Positions 35,339 through 48,551 of a stretch of 64,000 nt of DNA are shown in pieces; the stretch's first letter is position 1, and each line of letters opens with the position of its first letter. Source of the DNA: Piromyces finnis finn (taxonomy: Eukaryota > Fungi > Neocallimastigomycota); the NCBI GenBank assembly GCA_002104945.1, contig MCFH01000050.1, positions 62,001-126,000 of the forward strand, given 5' to 3'. Under the pieces are notes generated by a model. It was not told where the DNA came from and did no database searches. It was given only the letters and a program-made list of their open reading frames with translations. Position numbers and translations under genes: made by a program.

Positions 35339-37674
35339 TTATGGAAAAGACATATTTCTATATAATTCAGCTAATACAAAAGCAATAGTATCTTGATCAT
35401 TCCAGTAACTAGAATGAGCTGGAATAGCAGCAAGATATTGATTATCAAGAATTTGGGCTTGAATAGCATAATCAAGTCTTCCATTAATATTAATATTTTT
35501 TAAGTCACGATTATCAAATTCTTTTTCGGTTAAAGATTCTTCACTTTTAGATTTATCATTATTTGGAATTAAGGCTTGGACAACATTATAAACATTACCA
35601 AAAAGTCTCATACCTTTAAGAGTTAAATCTTTTTGAATTCCTTGGAATTCACGAACTGTACCTGTTAAACCACCTTTTGAGTAAGGTATTGGATTTGGCT
35701 TAAAAGTTTCACCATCATTCTTTTCATACTCACTCTTTTTTAAAACCAAAGGTTCTATACGATGAGCAACAGGATCAGATGGATGAAAAATATTAAACCA
35801 GTTTTTTACAATTGGAACTAATACATCATTTGATGTTAAACCTTCCTTTGTTGGGTTTTTCCAATCAAAGAATCTAATACATCTATCACTTAAAATGGTA
35901 AAAAGACCAACAGGAGAACCAACACCTTATTTATTAGTTTTAATTAATAAATTTATGGGAAATTAACGGATTTATAATTTTTTGATTTTGATTATTATTA
36001 TTATTAATAATAATAATAAAAATAGTAGTAGATTGTTATTATGAATTTCTCTTTAGATAACAACAAGATTAAAATAATATTTAGCAATATACTTACCAAA
36101 GAAATTTTCTACAGGGAAATCTAATTGTTTAAATTTGTAATTTGCTTCACCTCCATAAGGTGATAATCTATTATAGTTGACAATATCAACTTTTTCTGTA
36201 TTTAATACTTCTGGTATTTGATGACATAAAATATCAAAGCAAAGTTGACTACCAAGAGAGTGACCAAATAAACTAACCTTTCCATTAAAATCAGGATGAT
36301 GCTTTTTGAATAACTTATAAAGTCGATTAAATTCATTTGATAAAATTGTAATCATTTGTTGATAATGTCTTGGTGTCATATAAAATAATACTAATATTAA
36401 AAATTAATAATTATATTTGATTAATAATTTTATAAGATATTTTATTAATATAAAATTATTAGATTATATAATAATATAATTATATTATTATTATATTAAT
36501 TTACCATCAAGAGCAAGATCAGTAACAACTTTTCTTACTATTGGAATAGATTCTAATAAAATATCTTCCATTCTTGGAAAATTGAGTTCATCAATTTCAT
36601 CATCTTCATCGTCATCGTCATCACTATCATTTACAGATGGTACTTTGAGACTTTCTTTACTAGATGGATTAGTCTTTAAATTATCGTTTGATTTATCTTC
36701 AGATTTGTCTTCATTTTCAATTGAATTGTTTTTTTTTTCTGCTGATTTTTCTTCTTCCAATTTTTTTTCTAAATTACTTAAGCTCTTTTTTAAATTAACA
36801 CTAGCATTACTTAAGCGACGTTTTCGTTTAACTGTGTATCTATCAATATTCATTTGCCTTCTCCTTAATTTTTTTTTTTTTTTTCATTAAATGTATTATT
36901 GATAAAAATTTTTAAATGAAAATTTATTTATTATTTATTATTAAACCCTATTTTATAATAAAATCTATTAAATAAAACATTGTAGACTAATTTACCAATT
37001 AACAGGTATGAATTGAACACCAGTTCCTTTAGGAACATAAATATGCTTATATGCACTTTCGGATGTTGTTGGAAAGGATGGTAATGGAACACCTTTTTGA
37101 TGTTGGTTTTTATCCTTTGCGAAATATAATTCTGCAACTTCTTTTGCTGTTTTTCTTATATCATTTACACCTAATTAAAAATATTTTTTTATTTCATTAA
37201 AACTATTTAATATAAGCACAAAACAAGTACATATATATTAACTTGTCTGAGAATTTACTTTGTTCAATTGTAGAAGAAGAATTGTTTTCGCAAAACTTTT
37301 CTCCAATACCGTGAACTACAAAAACTAAATGTTCAATTTTTTCGTAACGATGATCTTTTTCGTTATTATCTGTTACTTTATAATTGTTAATACTATATTC
37401 AGTGTTTGACTTTTGTGGTTCCTTTGTTAATGGTACATCTTCTAATGAACTAGTTATGTTTTTTATATTTTCTTTTTCACTTTCACTATATTTTTTACTT
37501 TTACTTCTACTTTTATTTTTATTATTTTTATTTTGAAGTTCTTCCTCGTTACGTTTTTTCCATTTTTCGACTTCTGCATAACCTCTAATTAATCTTGTTC
37601 CTCCAATATTTTCATTATTGGTAATTTTTGTCATTACTGCTCTTGCCAATTGGGAAGCAATCTTTATTTTTAAA

Positions 37675-37725
<51 letters not shown>

Positions 37726-38533
37726 TACAATGATATTAAAATATTAATTATATTTATAAATACCCGCATTAAATAAACAATTTAATAATTGAAATGTTAT
37801 GATTAATTATATTTTATAATATTTAATTAATTTTAAAACTAAAGTTACATTTGTTGACAATAACCAAGCACTATTTGGTCCAGAGTATGTAATACATTGG
37901 CCTACATATGGTCCTGTTAAAATAGTCGAGTTTTGTATTAATAAAAATAGTTTATATTTTTTTGTATATTTTTTGTTTGTAATTTCTAACTTTAATTTTT
38001 TTTTATTTTTTTTTCAATGACAAAAATTTTTAATATATTAAATTTATAATTAATATAATATATTAACCTGTTAATCTATAATTTCTTTTATCTTCAAAAT
38101 CAATTGTTGTAGATTTAGCCTTTTCATTATTTTTTGGAGGTTCCATTAACCATGGTTGTGCTTGTTGATAACCTTCTTCAATTTGTCTTGATAATTCTTC
38201 ATCACATGCAAGAAATTTAAACATATCTGTAGCATAAAACCATGTTCCTCTTACAACTTCATATGATTTTCCTTTCCAATAAATAGGTGATAAAGTTCTT
38301 TTTGGAATATTAACCTCAAATAAAAGATCTTCCATTACATCAATTGTTTCGGGAGGCTTTTCAATTCCATTACCATTGTCATATTTAATTAATCTTTGAT
38401 ATGCTCTTTCTAAATTTTCAGAATCATTCTTTGAAAATTCAATTCGTATGTTTGGAGTTTCTTTATGTTTACTGTCAGATTCTAAAGAATGAAACCAATA
38501 CGGAATCAAAGCAGGCGCTTCCGATAATGCCAT
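35339..38533 (-). CDS. DDHD-domain intracellular phospholipase A1 (DDHD1/DDHD2/SEC23IP/yeast DDL1 family), multi-exon
   Basis: SPIYWKGKSYEVVRGTWFY, HLVFVVHGIG, catalytic VSLFGHSLGSQLCFDIL, GSPVGLF, WFNIFHPSDPVAHRIEPL and GRLDYAIQ...AHSSYW. Confidence 0.93.
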
Positions 38534-38896
38534 AATATATATTTGCCAAGACTATAGTAAATAAATTATTTTTTAAAATGAAATGATTTTTACAAATTGA
38601 AAGTTTTTTAAAATTTAAATGTTTAATTTTTCCATATATATTATATATTATTGAAACATATATTATATATATTGTATAAATTAATAATTTAATTTATATA
38701 TAAAAAGATAATTTATTAAATTTTTGTAAATAAGTGAAATTATAAAAAGAATGGAATGAGTTTTTTAGAAGAGAAATAATTAAAAAAATTTGAAAAAGGT
38801 GATAAATATAAAATTTATAAGAATATATTTTATTATATGTTTTCAACATAATAATGTTATATTCATATATATTAATAAATTACATATTTTTTTTTA

Positions 38897-39180
38897 GACA
38901 TTTCATATATCCTCATCTAACCCCCTGAGGTATATAGGGCACGGCTAATTTGAAATGGCTTTGCTCTTAACGGTCCTATTTCCCAAGACCTTGAACCTTT
39001 AAGCGAAAGATAATTAACGATGAGAACATCCCTCAAGATCATAGTTAGTAATCATGCCAATTTGTGATACCCCTTCCTACGAATAACCTAAACTTCAGAG
39101 GAAAAACTGCTTAGTAGCAGTAACCATTTTTATAATTATTTTGTTGTATACTAATTTAAAACCCTAAAATTAGTATATAA
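38897..39180. ncRNA. Candidate structured non-coding RNA of unassigned family
   Basis: 87 of 220 bases at 38901-39120 are G/C (about 40%), against roughly 10-15% in the flanks. All three plus-strand frames and the minus frames I tried stop early. At least five stem-loops and an AATTTGTG word at 39059-39066 are present. Confidence 0.55.
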
Positions 39181-39751
39181 AACTTAAAAATTTATTTATG
39201 ACAGTCTTTGTCCTTTGATATTAACAAATGTATCATATTAGTTATTAAACCAATAAATTATATTAACAGCAATATTTCTTAATTGTTAAAAATATAAAAT
39301 TCAAAATTTAATATAAAAGTTAAATCATTTAATAGATACAATAACTATTAGCAAATAATTTTTTATTTTTTACAATTTAATAATAAAAAAAAAAAAAAAG
39401 AAGAATTTATTAGTAAAAGAGTAAAGGTTACTGACTTTATTCAATTTTTTAATTCAGCAAAATATAATCTGGAAATATTATTATTACGATGAAGGTTGAA
39501 ATTTTCTTTAAGAATTTGAATTATCAAATATAAAGATAGATTAAAATATCAAAGAAAATGATAAAAAAAAAAAAAAAAAAATGTAATGAATGAAATACTT
39601 AAAAAACAAAACAAAACAAAAATAACAGAAATATTGATTTATAATAATCGATATATATGTGTGATTTCAGTAATATTAAATGATACATAATAATTTTTTA
39701 AAAGTTTATTAAATATATATGTTAAAATAAAGATTTTGATAAAAGAAAAGG

Positions 39752-39783
<32 letters not shown>

Positions 39784-39952
39784 ATGTATATATAATAAAA
39801 AGTAAAAAAGTATATATAAATATATATAAACATAATAAATTAGTAATAATTAAAATATTACTATATAAATTTAGATTCTTTGTAGTTCATATAATAAATA
39901 GTATAATAAATAGTGTAATACATTATTATTCTTATTATCATAATAATTCTTA

Positions 39953-39983
<31 letters not shown>

Positions 39984-40135
39984 GTTATTTCTATTATTAT
40001 TACTATAATATTTAAAAATATAACATGTTTAATTTTTTATATAATTATCTATTAATTTTTTTTTTTTAAATAATACAAATTGAAAATAATACTATATATA
40101 TTGATGATGATATACACATTAAAAATTTATTTTAT

Positions 40136-43100
40136 TTATATTGAAGACTCTGGTTTAGATTCTTCTTCAGTTGGTTTAGTTTCGGCTTTTAAACTTTCTA
40201 ATGTTGATGAAAGATTAACTACTGCTTTATTGTCTGATCCATTTATCTTGTTAATTTTATTAGCTAATTGTGCTAAGGTTTCAGCAACAGCAGAGGAGGT
40301 TCCACTTACAGTAGTTGCTGGAATATCGTAAAGTTTAGGATCTGGTGTTTCTGTAAACCACGATAGTTCAAGAGTTTCATTTATTCCTTCAACCTTCTTA
40401 CCATAAATATATGCCTAAAAATAAAACCATATTAATTTTATATATTATGATTGCAGTATAATAATAAAAAAATATAATACATAATAAATATTTTATTAAT
40501 AATAATAATTAAATATTAATAAAAGAGAATTTTATATTAAAATATGATCTATCATTTCATTTCATTTTAATAGTATAAAATATTTTTTCATAAATAAATA
40601 TTAGGTATGTATAAAAATTTATTTTTACTTGTTCAGCTTGTGGACGAGTTTGATAATGTACAATTGCTGATTGATTGTCTTTACTTACAAGGAAATTTTC
40701 GACAATACCAAATAACTATTTAAAATTTATATGTATAATATTAGAATTTTAATTTTTTAATACTTTTTATAATTACAAATGATATTAAGATATTATTTAT
40801 TACTTCAAAATGTTGTTTAATTTGGGTTTGTTGATCTTTTGAGAATCCTTTAATTAATAATTTGGTTGGTCTATTATCAAGTCTAAATGATCTTCCTCCT
40901 CTTCCCCAACTATGAATACCTCTTCCACGTGCTCTAAAACCTCCTCTTCCTCTTAATGATGGTACGGAAGCTGATGTTGCAGCGGCAGCAGTGATTGCTG
41001 ACGCATCTATACCAAGATTAGCAGCCTTTTTAATTAAGTTATAAATTATTTTTATTATTATAAAATATTATATTTTAATTTATAATTATAATAAAACAAA
41101 TTTTATGAATGAAAAAAAAAAAAAGGAAAAAAATACTTATAATAATAAATAATTCAAAGTATATTAAAACTTACTTCTGTTTTCAATGATTCAACCTTTT
41201 CTTTAAGTAATTGTTCCTCCGCTGTTAATTTTGTATTTTCAACAGCTTTTTCTTCGACTGGTTTATTTGTTTCTGTTTCCTTTGGTTGTTGTAATATATT
41301 ACCAGCTAATATTTTTATATTTTGTGGTGAAGCATTCATAATGTGTTTTACAGATTCCGTTATTAAGCGAATATTGTTTAAAATTTCTTCTTTTTCTGGC
41401 TTAGTTAAATTTGGATTTTCAACTTGTTTCATGAATGCTTTTTGCTTTTCTAAATGTCTACTAATCATGGATTTTTTCATGATATTAATTTGTTCCATTT
41501 CTTCTGATGATAAAGCCGGTTTTTCTTCTTCTAATGATTTATTTTTAGATTGAGGTGATTCAATTCCTTCTGCTTCATTTTGAATTGAATTATCATTTTC
41601 TTCTGATTCTGTCTTTGCCCAATAAAGTTTAACAAATCTATTTCCGAAAATTGGGTCAGGACTATTATAAGCTTGGTTTGCTTCATTATATTGACTAAAT
41701 TGAATGGTAGCTTTATAATGTCTTGGACTAAGATTTATATTTAAAATTGTTCCAAACTTTTTAAAGTAATTATTAATTTTATCAATAGCAAAGTATTCAG
41801 GGGGTATATTTTCTATATTTAGTATAGATTGTTTTGCTGATTGTCTATGTCTGTTAAATCCAAATCCACCTCTACCGCGACCTCTTCCTCTGCCGCTTCT
41901 TCCTCTACCTGAAGTGTTTTGAGGATTATTATTATTGTTATTTTTAACTATATCATTATTATTAGATTGATTAGATTGTAATTGATCTTCCATTCTATTT
42001 TGATTACTCATATTATTATTTTGGAATGAATTATCCATTTGCTCATTTCCCCATTGGGAAGGTCCAACATTCGAGTTATATGATGGACGTTCTGGGTCAT
42101 AACCTTCAGTATTCACTAATATTAATAATTCCAAATTCATGGATAAATTAAAATTATTATTTGAATGAAAATAAAATAAAATAAAATAAAATAAATATAT
42201 ATATATTATAATAATTTATTAAATTAGAATATAAATTGTTAATATTCGTTGCTATATTATATAAAAGGAGATTGACTTACAATATGAATTATCATTTTCA
42301 AATACATTGTTACCATTCATATATTGATTATTAAAATTATTTTGATTCATTGAAGGCATCATTCTTGGGGGAATATTATTATTCATCATGTTATCGAAAT
42401 TTCTTCTATTAGATGATGCCATTTCATCTACAACAATTCTATCCATTCCATGATCATACGGGCACATATCACCCCTTAAACAATAACCTTTTTCTAATTT
42501 TCAATATAAATAAAATATTTAGTATTTAATTTAACAAATTTATTAAATTAGTTTAATATTTTAAACAATTAACTTTATATTTACCATCATAATCTATACA
42601 CCTTTGAATTGGGTGCATACCATTATTAGTTTGGTTTCTAAATTGTTGTTGGTTTCTTCCTCGGAATCTATTTTGATTATTTTGCATAACTTGCATATTT
42701 TGATTATTTTGATTGAACCACATGTTATTATTATTACCATTATTACCATTATTATTATTCATATTATTATTATTTAAATAGCTAAAGTCCTGATTCATAT
42801 TTTGATAGGTTTTTTTTGAATTCATATGCTTATTATTATTTATTTGATTTTGTTGATTTTGATGATAATTATTTTTAAAGTTATTTTTACCATCTTCGTT
42901 TGAATCATTACTGCGCATATACTTTCCATTTCCTTTTGAATTATCACTATCATTTTCGTTTCTTCTTCTTTTTCCTAAATTATTATTGTTGTTTATATTA
43001 CTATTACTATTATTGTTTGAAAATGAATTTGTTTTGTTTTGATTCTTATTGTCGTATTGGTTATTCGATGATGATTTATTGGATTTATTGTCGGTTCTAT

Positions 43101-44162
43101 ATTTTTTATTTGGTGGTTGAGATTGTTCATCTATGTCAGAAGATTTACTTTGTAATGAAGGAGATCTACTTTCCCTTGAAGTTCTCTTATGTTTGAAATT
43201 TTGGTCATCATCTGATTGATCACTGTCTTCTTTTTGTTCTTGAACATCGTCATGTGAACGTTTTAAATCTGATGATTTTTCCTCTTGAATTTTTCCTGAA
43301 TATCCCGGAAGATATGATTTTGTTTCTAAAATATTGAATACTTGCTTAACAAAATCCTCAGTTTCTTTTTGGATAAATTAATAATATTATTGTTAATTCA
43401 TTTTCCTTTTACATTTATTTTGTTTTTAGGTTTATTAAAATTAAAATATATATATGTATAACTATTAATAACAGAAATATATGTTTATATAATCTTTACC
43501 TCCTTTAAGAAATTCTTCCAATTGACTTATACATAAATTCATCAAATCTTTATTTGAAATATCTTGATTTGTATGAGTTAATAAAGCGATTACATAATCA
43601 GCTAAAATATAAAATTTATAAAAATTTGTATATTAATAATTATTATTTATTATGCAAAAAATATTATAAATAAAATATATATTATTTACCTAAAGTTTCA
43701 GGATCAGCATCACAGCTATTGATTTAATAATAAAAATTATATTCATAGAGCATAAAATATTATTTTTATATTTAATTTATTATAAAATTATTGTAAAACA
43801 TTTAATAAAAAATAAGATTATAAATATATTAAGATTACTAAATTATAATATTTTATTTCTTAATATTATATCGAAAACTATTATATAAGATCATTTATCA
43901 CTTTTTAAAAAATGTATAAACAAGTAAACTTTTACAAATATATTTTATTTAAATTTATTTAAAAATTAATTCACTATATTTTTAATTTAATTGGATTTCT
44001 TTTTTAAATTTATAAAAATACTTAATACAATAGTACATATTTTAAATAATATTTAAAATAAAATATATCATAAATTAAATTATATCAAAATTACATTGGC
44101 TCCAAAATTGTAATCAAATGTTGTTTAAATGGCCCTTCTTGAAAATCTTCTTTTATTATCAT
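40136..44162 (-). CDS. RBM26: RBM26/RBM27 family RNA-binding protein (PWI, CCCH zinc finger, two RRMs, RG-rich segments)
   Basis: MIIKEDF...LEPICDADPETLADYVIALL (PWI), RCIDYD-KGYCLRGDMCPYDHG (CCCH), ILNIENIPPEY...FKKFGTILNI...ATIQFSQYNEANQAYNSPDPIFGNRFVKLYW (RRM). Confidence 0.92.
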
Positions 44163-45266
44163 TTTCTTATTATCAGTATATTATATAATATATAAATTTA
44201 TTTTTAATGTTTTTATATTCTAAATGATGTTTATTCGTCTGTTAATATATTTAAATATATATATTTAAAATAAATAAATAAATAAATAAATAATATTTAA
44301 GATTAGAAATTTCATTTTATGTTTATAAATAAAACTTTAACTTTTTTTATATATAAAGAAAAAAAAATATATATTTTATTTAATTCATATAAATATTTGA
44401 CAAATCGATTTAATATATTTCATATATACTTTTAAAAATTAAAGAGAAAGTTAAAAAGAAAACACATGATTATAATTCAATATTGAAATAGTATTAATAC
44501 CTTAAACAATAATATATTTATTATTTTGACAAAAATAAATCAACTTATCCCTGAAAAATACAATAAAATAATATTAATTTATTTTTTTTTTTATTATCTT
44601 TATAAGTCTTATTTATTTTTGTTTATTTAAATTAATTTCAAAATGAATTTCTTGATGATTTTATTTTATTATTATTTTTTTAATAAGCAAAAATAAAAAC
44701 TAATATTAAATAAAAGTATTAATTAATGGATGATTAATATTAAATATAAAAATTGTAATTGACTAAACATTAAATATTAAAATTTATATATTCAAATTTT
44801 TAAGAAAATAAAAAATTTATATTTATGGTTATATTAAAATTTTTATTGTATTAATATTAACTAAAAATTCAAGCAAAAAAAAAAAATTATTATAATGAAA
44901 TATAAGGATTCTTAAAATAATTATAATAATTTAAATATAAATGTTATAATAAAATAATAATGCTATATTTCTAAAATTTTATTAATGTTTTTTATTAAGA
45001 TTTTTTATAACTATAAATATTTGAAGTAGAATAAATGATTAATGTTTTTAAATCAAAAGCCATGCTTTTAAAATGATGTTTTTATAATTATACCCAAAAT
45101 ATCTTCATCATGTTTAGTAGTTCTATATAAAATAATTTTTAAAATTAATTTAGTATTTTAAATATTTCTCCAATCAAAAATATCAAAAATAATGAAAATT
45201 TTTACCAACAAAATTTTTAAAGATTAAAATTATTAATTTTTGACTATTTATATAGAAAAGATAAAA

Positions 45267-47090
45267 ATGAGTGATATTAAGCAAACTGAGGTAATAGAAG
45301 ATAATAAGAATGAAAGTTTGAAAGAAAAAGAAGAAATAAAAATTAATGAAGAAAGTAATATAGAAGCAACAGCCGAGCTAAATGAAGGTACAGGTAAAAG
45401 AAAAAAAACTGTCAGTTCTTTGGATAAATTTGGTTCAAGAATTTTAAAAGATAAAAGCAAAGTATTTGAATATAATGCTTGGTAAATATTAAATATAGAT
45501 ACAATGAAAATAAAATATGATCTTTTTTATTTTTTAATTTATTATTTATATTATAATATATATGTTTGTAGTATTTAATTATTAATATATAGTAATTAAT
45601 AACTTTATAATTAATAATTATAATTCATATTCAATAACGAAAGGGATAATGCTGAATGGGATGAAAGTCAAGAAGAAGAAGCCAAAGAAATTGTTAAAAA
45701 ACAAAAGTTAAATCCAGTTGATGAAGAAATGAAGAGTAATGACTATAATTATAATTACATATAAATGTAAATTTCAAATTCTAATTTCGGATATATATAT
45801 TAAAATTTATAATTAATAAATCATTAAATACTCAAAATGAAATATTTGATATCTAAAAATAAAAGAGAAATATGATTCAAATGCAAATGAATACTGGAAT
45901 GAATTTTATACTAAAAATACTAATAAATTTTTCAAAGATAGACATTGGTTAAGAACTGAATTTCCAGAACTTTTTAAAATTCAAGGAAATGAACCATTTA
46001 AGATTTTTGAAATTGGATGTGGTGCAGGAAATACAGTATTTCCAATTTTAGAAGAAAGTAAGAACCCAAATTTATTTATATATGCAGCTGACTTTTCAAA
46101 GGTTGCTGTTAACATTGTTAAGGTAAGTGATATATATAATAGTTTATGATTATATATATTTTAATATTAATTTTTCTGGAAACAATTAAAAATTAATTTA
46201 AAACAACAACAACAACAATAACAACAACAACAACAACAACAACAATAATAATAATAATGATGATGATAATAAAAAGAACAATCCAAATTTTGATGAAAAG
46301 AACTGTAAAGCATTTGTTTATGATATTACAGCCGACGACATTCCAGAATATATTGAGCCACATAGTTTAGATATTTGTATATGTATTTTTGTTCTCTCTG
46401 CTCTTAATCCAAATAAATGGGAAAATGCTTGTAACAATTTACAAAAGGTATATATATTAATATATATATATATTTTAATTATCCAAATAAAATTCTAATA
46501 AAATATAAATATTTAATAAGATGCTAAAACCAGGAGGTTACGTTTTATTTAGAGATTATGGACGCTATGGTATATATATTGAATTATATCAAATAAATAT
46601 TATATTATATTAACAATAAAAATATGATGATTTATAATAATATATATATATAGATTTAGCCCAATTAAGATTTAAAAAAGATCGTTATTTAGATACTAAT
46701 TTCTATGTTAGAGGTGATGGAACTCAGTAAGTTATTTTATTGTTATATTTAAATAATATTATTAAATTTTAATTAATATAATAACATAATAATATATTTA
46801 TATAAAATTAATTATTATTAGAGTATACTTCTTTACTACAGGTAATTAAAATTATTAAAAAGTATTATATATACAATTATAATATATATATTATAATATT
46901 ATATATTAATAATTAATTGAATTTTTATTTTTTTTTAGATGAAATAAAAAATATATTTGAAAAATATTTCGAATTAGAACAAAACAGTGTTGATAGACGT
47001 TTAATTATTAATCGTTCAAGAAAATTAAAAATGTATAGAGTTTGGATACAAGGAAAATTCAAAAGAAAACCACTTGAAGATGCTGAATGA
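45267..47090 (+). CDS. METTL2: tRNA 3-methylcytidine (m3C32) methyltransferase, METTL2/TRM140 family, multi-exon
   Basis: VFEYNAWDNAEW...YWNEFY...FFKDRHWLRTEFPEL...FEIGCGAGNTVFP...YAADFS...IFVLSAL...[23 protein letters not shown]...FYVRGDGT...VDRRLIINRSRKLKMYRVWIQGKF. Confidence 0.96.
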
Positions 47091-47457
47091 AAATTTAAGA
47101 AATCACTTTTATCATTAGAATTTTAAAATTAATAGATACTTAAACAAACTATTTTTATATAGATGATATTATTGTTTAATTGATTATTAATAAAATGTAA
47201 TATTAGTATTTGTTATTTTATTATTTTTACTGAATAAATATATTATTTATTGTTTTATTTTATTAATATTAATTATAACAATATATACAATATATAATTC
47301 AATGATTATTAAAATGATAAATGATAGTGTATATTTTGCATTTTATTTAAATAATATTTCAATATTAATAATAACATTATATTTTTTATAAGTATATTAT
47401 AAAAAGTAATATATTTCAGTTAATGAATATATATAATTGTAATTTAATCTTTATGTA

Positions 47458-48316
47458 TTATATTGACATTAAAAGTTTTGCAAATTCTTCATTTGAAATT
47501 TTAACTTCGCTTATATTTATGGGTATATTGTATGCAATAATTGTTGCTAATAAATGAGCACACTATTCATAATTAATTTTAATAAAATTATTATTTGAAT
47601 ATCTTTTTGTTTTATTATATATTTCTATTTTTATCATCAATTTACCATATTATATTTTTTATGAACAATAACTATATATTTTGATAATTAAAAATAATAA
47701 TTTTATGTTTAGAAATCAGATTTCAAACTAATTATATATATATAAATAATTTTATTTTACCATTAGTTATAAAATTTTCACAAGAACTAATATAATATAT
47801 ATAGTATAATTCAGATTTTTATAATTAATAATATAATATTGTTATTTAACTAAATATATCTTATATTTATTTATTTACCAATAATTTACATCAGGAAGAC
47901 ATATAACTTTTTCTACTTTATTAATTATTATAATGTATAAAATTTGATTTGTCATTGAAATTACTCTTTTTACTGTTATTATTATTTAAAATGGAATATT
48001 TAAAGATTAATGAATTTGTCATTTCTTTTAATAACTTTAATAAATATCCTATATATGATTATATTTATTTATATACTCTTAAATTTATCAATAATATTTA
48101 ATGCATCTAGTGCAACATTCGCAAAATTACAATATAGCCTTTATAATAAAAATGAATCATTAAAAATGCTTATTGGAAAATTTTCTCAATTATTTATTTT
48201 AAATACCATTCTATAACTTCGTCATTGAGTTCATTTTTACTTTTAAGAAAATTATTAATATTTTGATAAAAATCAATACAATTTAATTCTTCTTTAAAAT
48301 TCTCATAATCTTTCAT
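47458..48316 (-). CDS. ZSWIM7: SWIM zinc-finger protein SWS1/ZSWIM7 (Shu complex), built from short exons (not in the ORF track)
   Basis: Spliced product: MKDYENFKEELNC...EVIEWLYCNFANVALDALNIIDKFKIKRVISMTNQILYIIINKVEKVICLPDVNYCSCENFITNVIVHKKYNMCAHLLATIIAYNIPINISEVKISNEEFAKLLMSI*. It has the CxC-x15-CxH SWIM motif and all joins are GT-AG and in phase. Confidence 0.85.
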
Positions 48317-48551
48317 TTTTTTGTTTAAAATTAATTTTTAAAGTTTTTAAATTTTTAATTTTTAAATTAAAAAAATTAATATAAAAAATTTTACATAATT
48401 TGTATTTTAAGTTAGAGAAACTTTTTTTGATAAATTAATTTTTATTATCTTTTTTTTGATATAAATAATAAATAAAAAAAAAAAAAAAAACCAGAAGATT
48501 AGCACGCTAACATCGATATAGATTAATGATATATTTTTAAATAAAAAAAAT

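Noticed and set aside
38893-38935. Helitron 3' end on the minus strand (hairpin followed by CTAA)
   Set aside because: The base after CTAA is A rather than the expected T, and I saw no 5' TC terminus partner or Rep/helicase remnant.
38940-39070. U4 or U1 snRNA assignment (GCTAATTTGAAA, TTTCCCAA, AATTTGTG)
   Set aside because: It lacks the U4 5' CTTTGCGC-type U6-pairing segment and the U1 ACTTACCTG 5' end, and the spacing does not fit either RNA.
39068-39135. snR30/U17 snoRNA assignment for the GC island (TTCCTA...AACCAT about 42 nt apart, like the m1/m2 motifs)
   Set aside because: m1 reads CCCTTCCTA rather than ATATTCCTA, the flanking stems pair poorly and no ACA box follows. Kept only as a hypothesis for cmscan.
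39639-39833. Phe/Ile-rich ORFs in poly-T/A spacers (also 51859..52062, 49537..49722, 8683..8925)
   Set aside because: They are products of homopolymer and AT-rich intergenic composition and show no coding signal.
45240-45485. ABP140-type programmed +1 frameshift at the METTL2/TRM140 N-terminus
   Set aside because: No CTT-AGG-C site is present, and the frame is continued by ordinary GT-AG splicing.
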